DNA of 59,040 bases, the filler included. It is 4 parts of 4 records of this genome, joined end to end, with 100 filler letters (N's around TTAATTAATTAA, not from the genome) between each part and the next. Parts side by side here need not be neighbours in the genome. Positions count along the whole stretch, not along the records: positions 35,518 to 59,040 come from SRR20825019_1674; 3 more parts are not named here. One strand, given 5' to 3'. Shown here piece by piece: positions 55,911-59,040 of the stretch (position 1 is the first letter of the stretch; each line of letters opens with the position of its first letter). A model generated the notes under the pieces. It saw nothing but the letters and a program-made list of their open reading frames with translations, did no database searches and was not told where the DNA came from. The position numbers and the translations under genes are program-made.

Positions 55911-56402
55911 CTAAATGGAGAGATATCTTTCTAAGGGTGACAATTTCTCCGGATACATGGGCTCGTATATCCCGTTATATGTTGTAATAACACCCCCACA
56001 AGCAAGGATGGAAGCGCCCACTGGCTTGAACAAGTGGCTAGTTTTTACAGCACTTGTAAAAAGAGTTTCTATACCTCGTGTTGGGTTAGTTCGTGTTATA
56101 AAGTAAGTATATCCTACTTCTACATTAAAACGTAGTAAAACACTTTGATTAATTGCAAATACAATTAGCAACAGCATAATTACATTAAATACAATATTAT
56201 TTATAACAGTCCCATAGAGTTGAAGGCCAGTTAACCTAGTAAAAATATAAAAAATATAACATGGCATCAGCGCTGAATTGATTTTCGATCTGCGATCGAA
56301 TCAGGTTTCATATTTACTATAACCCATATAATCTCGCAGCATGCTATAATATAATTGATTCTCAGAATTTAGAATCCTTTTAAACTTGTTAATTAAATTC
56401 AT
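55911..56402 (-). CDS. Orphan mitochondrial ORF, 163 aa under UGA=Trp (possibly frameshifted near its end)
   Basis: ATG at 56402 (MNLINKFKRIL...) reads through one TGA into the ORF-track protein and ends at TAG 55911. Confidence 0.6.
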
Positions 56403-56803
56403 AGTTGTTCTACTTTTGTTCTATATATTTATTAATACATATATTCTTGATATATATACATATTAATAATATCTATATATTTCTATATAGATATCATCAA
56501 TATAAATAAAAATGTGAATCAAATATAAGAAATCGTGTATATCAATAGCTTAATATATTACTATACTTATACTATTAATCCATTTTGTGGTAGTCTTCCA
56601 CATTTCCTAAAGAACTTGTTTTGAGGTTGAATTCCTGCTTATATGCTTTCAGCAGTTATTACATCCATACGTAGCTACCTAGCGATGCTGTTGGCACAAC
56701 AACTAGTACACCAGCGGTATGTTCTTCCCGGTCCTCTCGTACTCGGGTTAACTCCTCTCAATTCTCTTTCACTTACGGTAGATAGGAGCCAAACTGTCTC
56801 ACG

Positions 56804-57802
56804 CATTTTACTCTCGTCTTTTCAAACGGAATGGACTATATCTTCATCCAATATAAACATAAATATAGTTTATAATTGGAGCTAGCGTATTATAAAAATG
56901 TTAAATATTTATTAATATCAACAGATTTATCTTATAATTTAATACAAAACTATAAAGTCTCTACGGGGAAAATAATGTATGAAATAAGTTACTGCTATAC
57001 TAATAACTTATAATTAAAACTAGGTATAATATATGGTTTAATAATATTTGTAAAATTATATGTTGAGTTAGATGATATTCTAATTTTATAGTTATCTCTA
57101 TCTTTAATAATGTTAACTTCTAAACCAAATAAGCGACCTAAAGAATTAGCTAAAATTTTTTGTTCATTATAACAGAAACTTTGGGTGTTTAATAAATATA
57201 CTTTATCTCTTTTATCAAAACTACCGTCATCCATAAATCAATAAGAAAGAGATCTATCATTTAATAATTTATGTAACAACTTAGGTATTTTTTTTCGTCT
57301 TCTATTTGTTGCAATATCAATTATATAAAATTGATCATTATAGAATTTAAATGACGAATTTGTACAAGTACGAAAGTAATATTTATGTAACAAACTATCT
57401 TTATATCTAAAAGAACTTTTCTTTACACCAGTAGAACATCAATCTTCAAAGTGATTATATATATGTTCTACGTATAATTTTTGACTTTCTTTTTGATTAA
57501 AATAATATCTACATATAAAGTTTTTTCCTCTTGGCTCTAAATGAGCATCTCCTAATAAAGTTCCTACAAGTATATCTTTTTGAACTTGTGATAAACGTAG
57601 GTGACTTTTATATAAAGTTTTATCAGGATGGCTTCCTTTATATTTCAATACATCTTTAGTTAATTTCATTTTTATTGTAATACATTATAATCTTCCCTCG
57701 GTATTACCATGGACGCAGTTTGCCCGTCTTTAGGTTTCACCGATATCAGCTAGTACTAAAATGATATTACTATCATTTAACGCCGTTGTTTTAATTACAA
57801 TA
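56804..57802 (-). mobile_element. Group I intron at rnl position equivalent to E. coli 2593
   Basis: Exon ends in U and intron ends in G; core elements ATCGGTGAAA, AATACCGAG, GTAGAGACT, AAGATATAGTCC. Confidence 0.92.
56995..57669 (-). CDS. Intronic double-motif LAGLIDADG homing endonuclease (I-SceI-like), 224 aa
   Basis: ILVGTLLGDAHL and LSY(W)FMDDGS; the two ORF-track fragments join under UGA=Trp; lies between the Q and R core elements. Confidence 0.9.
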
Positions 57803-57895
57803 ACGTTCTAAACCCAGGTCACGTACCTCTTTAATGGACGAACAGTCCAACCCTTGGAACCTGCTTCAGCTCCAGGATGAGATGACCCGACATCG

Positions 57896-58909
57896 CAAAT
57901 ATTAAATTTATATTTTCTTATCTTCAATTTTATATTTAAACTGGTCTAACAAATAAGGAGCAACTAATAATTTAAAACTATCAATATTCTTTTTGGGTAA
58001 ATATAATCTATAATACTTACCATGTTTATGAATAGATACTTGAAAACCAAAATTTTTTCCTAAAATAGATGCTAATAGTTTTTGTTCAAAAAGTTGGAAA
58101 CCTTCTGTAGAAAAGTGTATACCAACAACTTTTCCATTTTTATCGAAAACTGTAGTACCATCGTCCATAAATCAGTAAGATAAAGCTCTTTGATTTAATC
58201 AACGGTGCAATAACTTAGGTACTTTTTTTTTGTTAGTTGATTTATCATAAAATTGGTTAAAATAAAAAGCTAACGATTTATGTTTATATGTAGTTATATA
58301 ATAACTAATATAAGTTTTATCTAAATATCTTTTATCATTATATATTCTCTTCTGAGGTAATTTATTACATCATTGATTAAATATACTAAATAAATGGTAT
58401 ATATAAGTTTTATTTTTATAAGATTGACAAAATTTTAATGAATATAACTTAGTTTTACTATTAGGAATATAAGCATCACCTAATAATGTACCTATTATTA
58501 TATCTTTTTGTTCTTGTGTTAATCTTAAATTATTTTTATGATATGTTAAATCTTTACCTTTTAAATTAAAATGTTTCATTAATTATTTTATATAAATTCC
58601 TATAAATTTTATAGGCTAATTATCGCTAATTAGATTAGACTATATCTTTATCCGTTATAATATATAATAAAATAGTATAATGGATATTTGGCGTTTAGTC
58701 GTTGAGGTTCCTACTTACATATTATATAATATAGTATGTGTTGGTTACCTGCGGATTGTCTGCACTTTAATTAATAATATCCTTGAATATATCAAATTAA
58801 AGATACTTTATACATTATATTTAATGTAAGGTCAGAGGTTCCCGCATATGGCCAAATTCTGTTATTTCTATTACTAGAAACCCACCCCAATGTCATTATG
58901 TTTACATAA
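57896..58909 (-). mobile_element. Group I intron at rnl position equivalent to E. coli 2500
   Basis: Exon ends in U and intron ends in G; core elements ATGCGGGAAC, AATCCGCAGG, TCAACGACTA, AAGATATAGTCT. Confidence 0.92.
57908..58579 (-). CDS. Intronic double-motif LAGLIDADG homing endonuclease (I-SceI-like), 223 aa
   Basis: IIIGTLLGDAYI and ALSY(W)FMDDGT; lies downstream of the S element, ending 12 nt before the intron 3' end. Confidence 0.9.
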
Positions 58910-59040
58910 AGGTGCCAAACGATCTCGTCGATAGGAGCTCTAGGAGATCATTAGCCTGTTATCCCTAAGGTACCTTTTATCCGTTGAGCGATGACCTTTC
59001 CACAAAGAATCACCGGATCACTATGGCCGACTTTCGTCTC

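Larger units (their letters stand above)
56510..59040 (-). rRNA. rnl: Mitochondrial large-subunit rRNA, 3' portion (domains V-VI), split by two introns; 3' end approximate
   Basis: Exons at about 56510-56803, 57803-57895 and 58910-59040 match 23S motifs: GGGATAACAGGCT, TTTGGCACCT^CGATGTCGG, TAGAACGT^CGTGAGACAG, sarcin-ricin loop AGTACGAGAGGACC. Confidence 0.96.

Noticed and set aside
56643-56885. 80-aa + strand ORF
   Set aside because: Antisense to the rnl exon and intron; a typical rRNA shadow ORF.
35659-58579. Apparent fragmented or pseudogenised mitochondrial genes in the ORF track (nad11, ccmF, nad2, sdh2, endonucleases)
   Set aside because: The breaks are TGA codons in a single frame; the genes are intact under UGA=Trp.
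35518-59040. Reduced bacterial endosymbiont genome using UGA=Trp
   Set aside because: Content is limited to respiratory, ccm, tat and ribosomal genes with broken nuo and cox operons and group I introns in rnl, which fits a mitochondrion better.
1-59040. CRISPR arrays, transposases, integrases, defence systems
   Set aside because: No repeat-spacer periodicity or recognisable motifs seen.

Overview
This window is not one locus. It is four unrelated contigs joined by 100-nt artificial spacers (N-run / TTAATTAATTAA / N-run at 16438-16537, 28446-28545, 35418-35517). (1) 1-16437 is GC-rich alphaproteobacterial DNA: class I fumarase 3' end, flagellin, TAXI-TRAP transporter with USP, class III aminotransferase, MlaE/F/D plus lipoprotein operon, apt, GcvA-type LysR with DUF1127, hydrolase-OsmC fusion, palindromic repeats. 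(2) 16538-28445 is Rhizobiales-like DNA with the lipid A very-long-chain fatty acid cluster (acpXL-fabF2XL-fabF1XL-adh-lpxXL), gabD and a LysR/SDR pair. (3) 28546-35417 is one uninterrupted ORF of about 2290 codons, open at both ends and probably eukaryotic: a TmcB-like multi-pass membrane protein ending in at least five tandem FixL-type PAS domains that all keep the heme-ligating His. (4) 35518-59040 is a very AT-rich, gene-rich protist mitochondrial genome fragment that reads UGA as Trp (trnW-UCA present). It carries nad1, intact nad11, cox3, atp9, ccmA-B-C-F, rpl10, nad4, cox2, nad8, sdh2, nad2, rpl11, a 54-aa tatA missed by the ORF track, rps12, rpl6, rps8, rps14, four tRNAs, two orphan ORFs that look paralogous and flank a hairpin array, and the 3' part of rnl with two group I introns encoding I-SceI-type LAGLIDADG endonucleases. 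The best leads are the multi-heme-PAS membrane sensor and the ancestral-type mitogenome. All family calls come from motif recognition by eye; no database searches were run.
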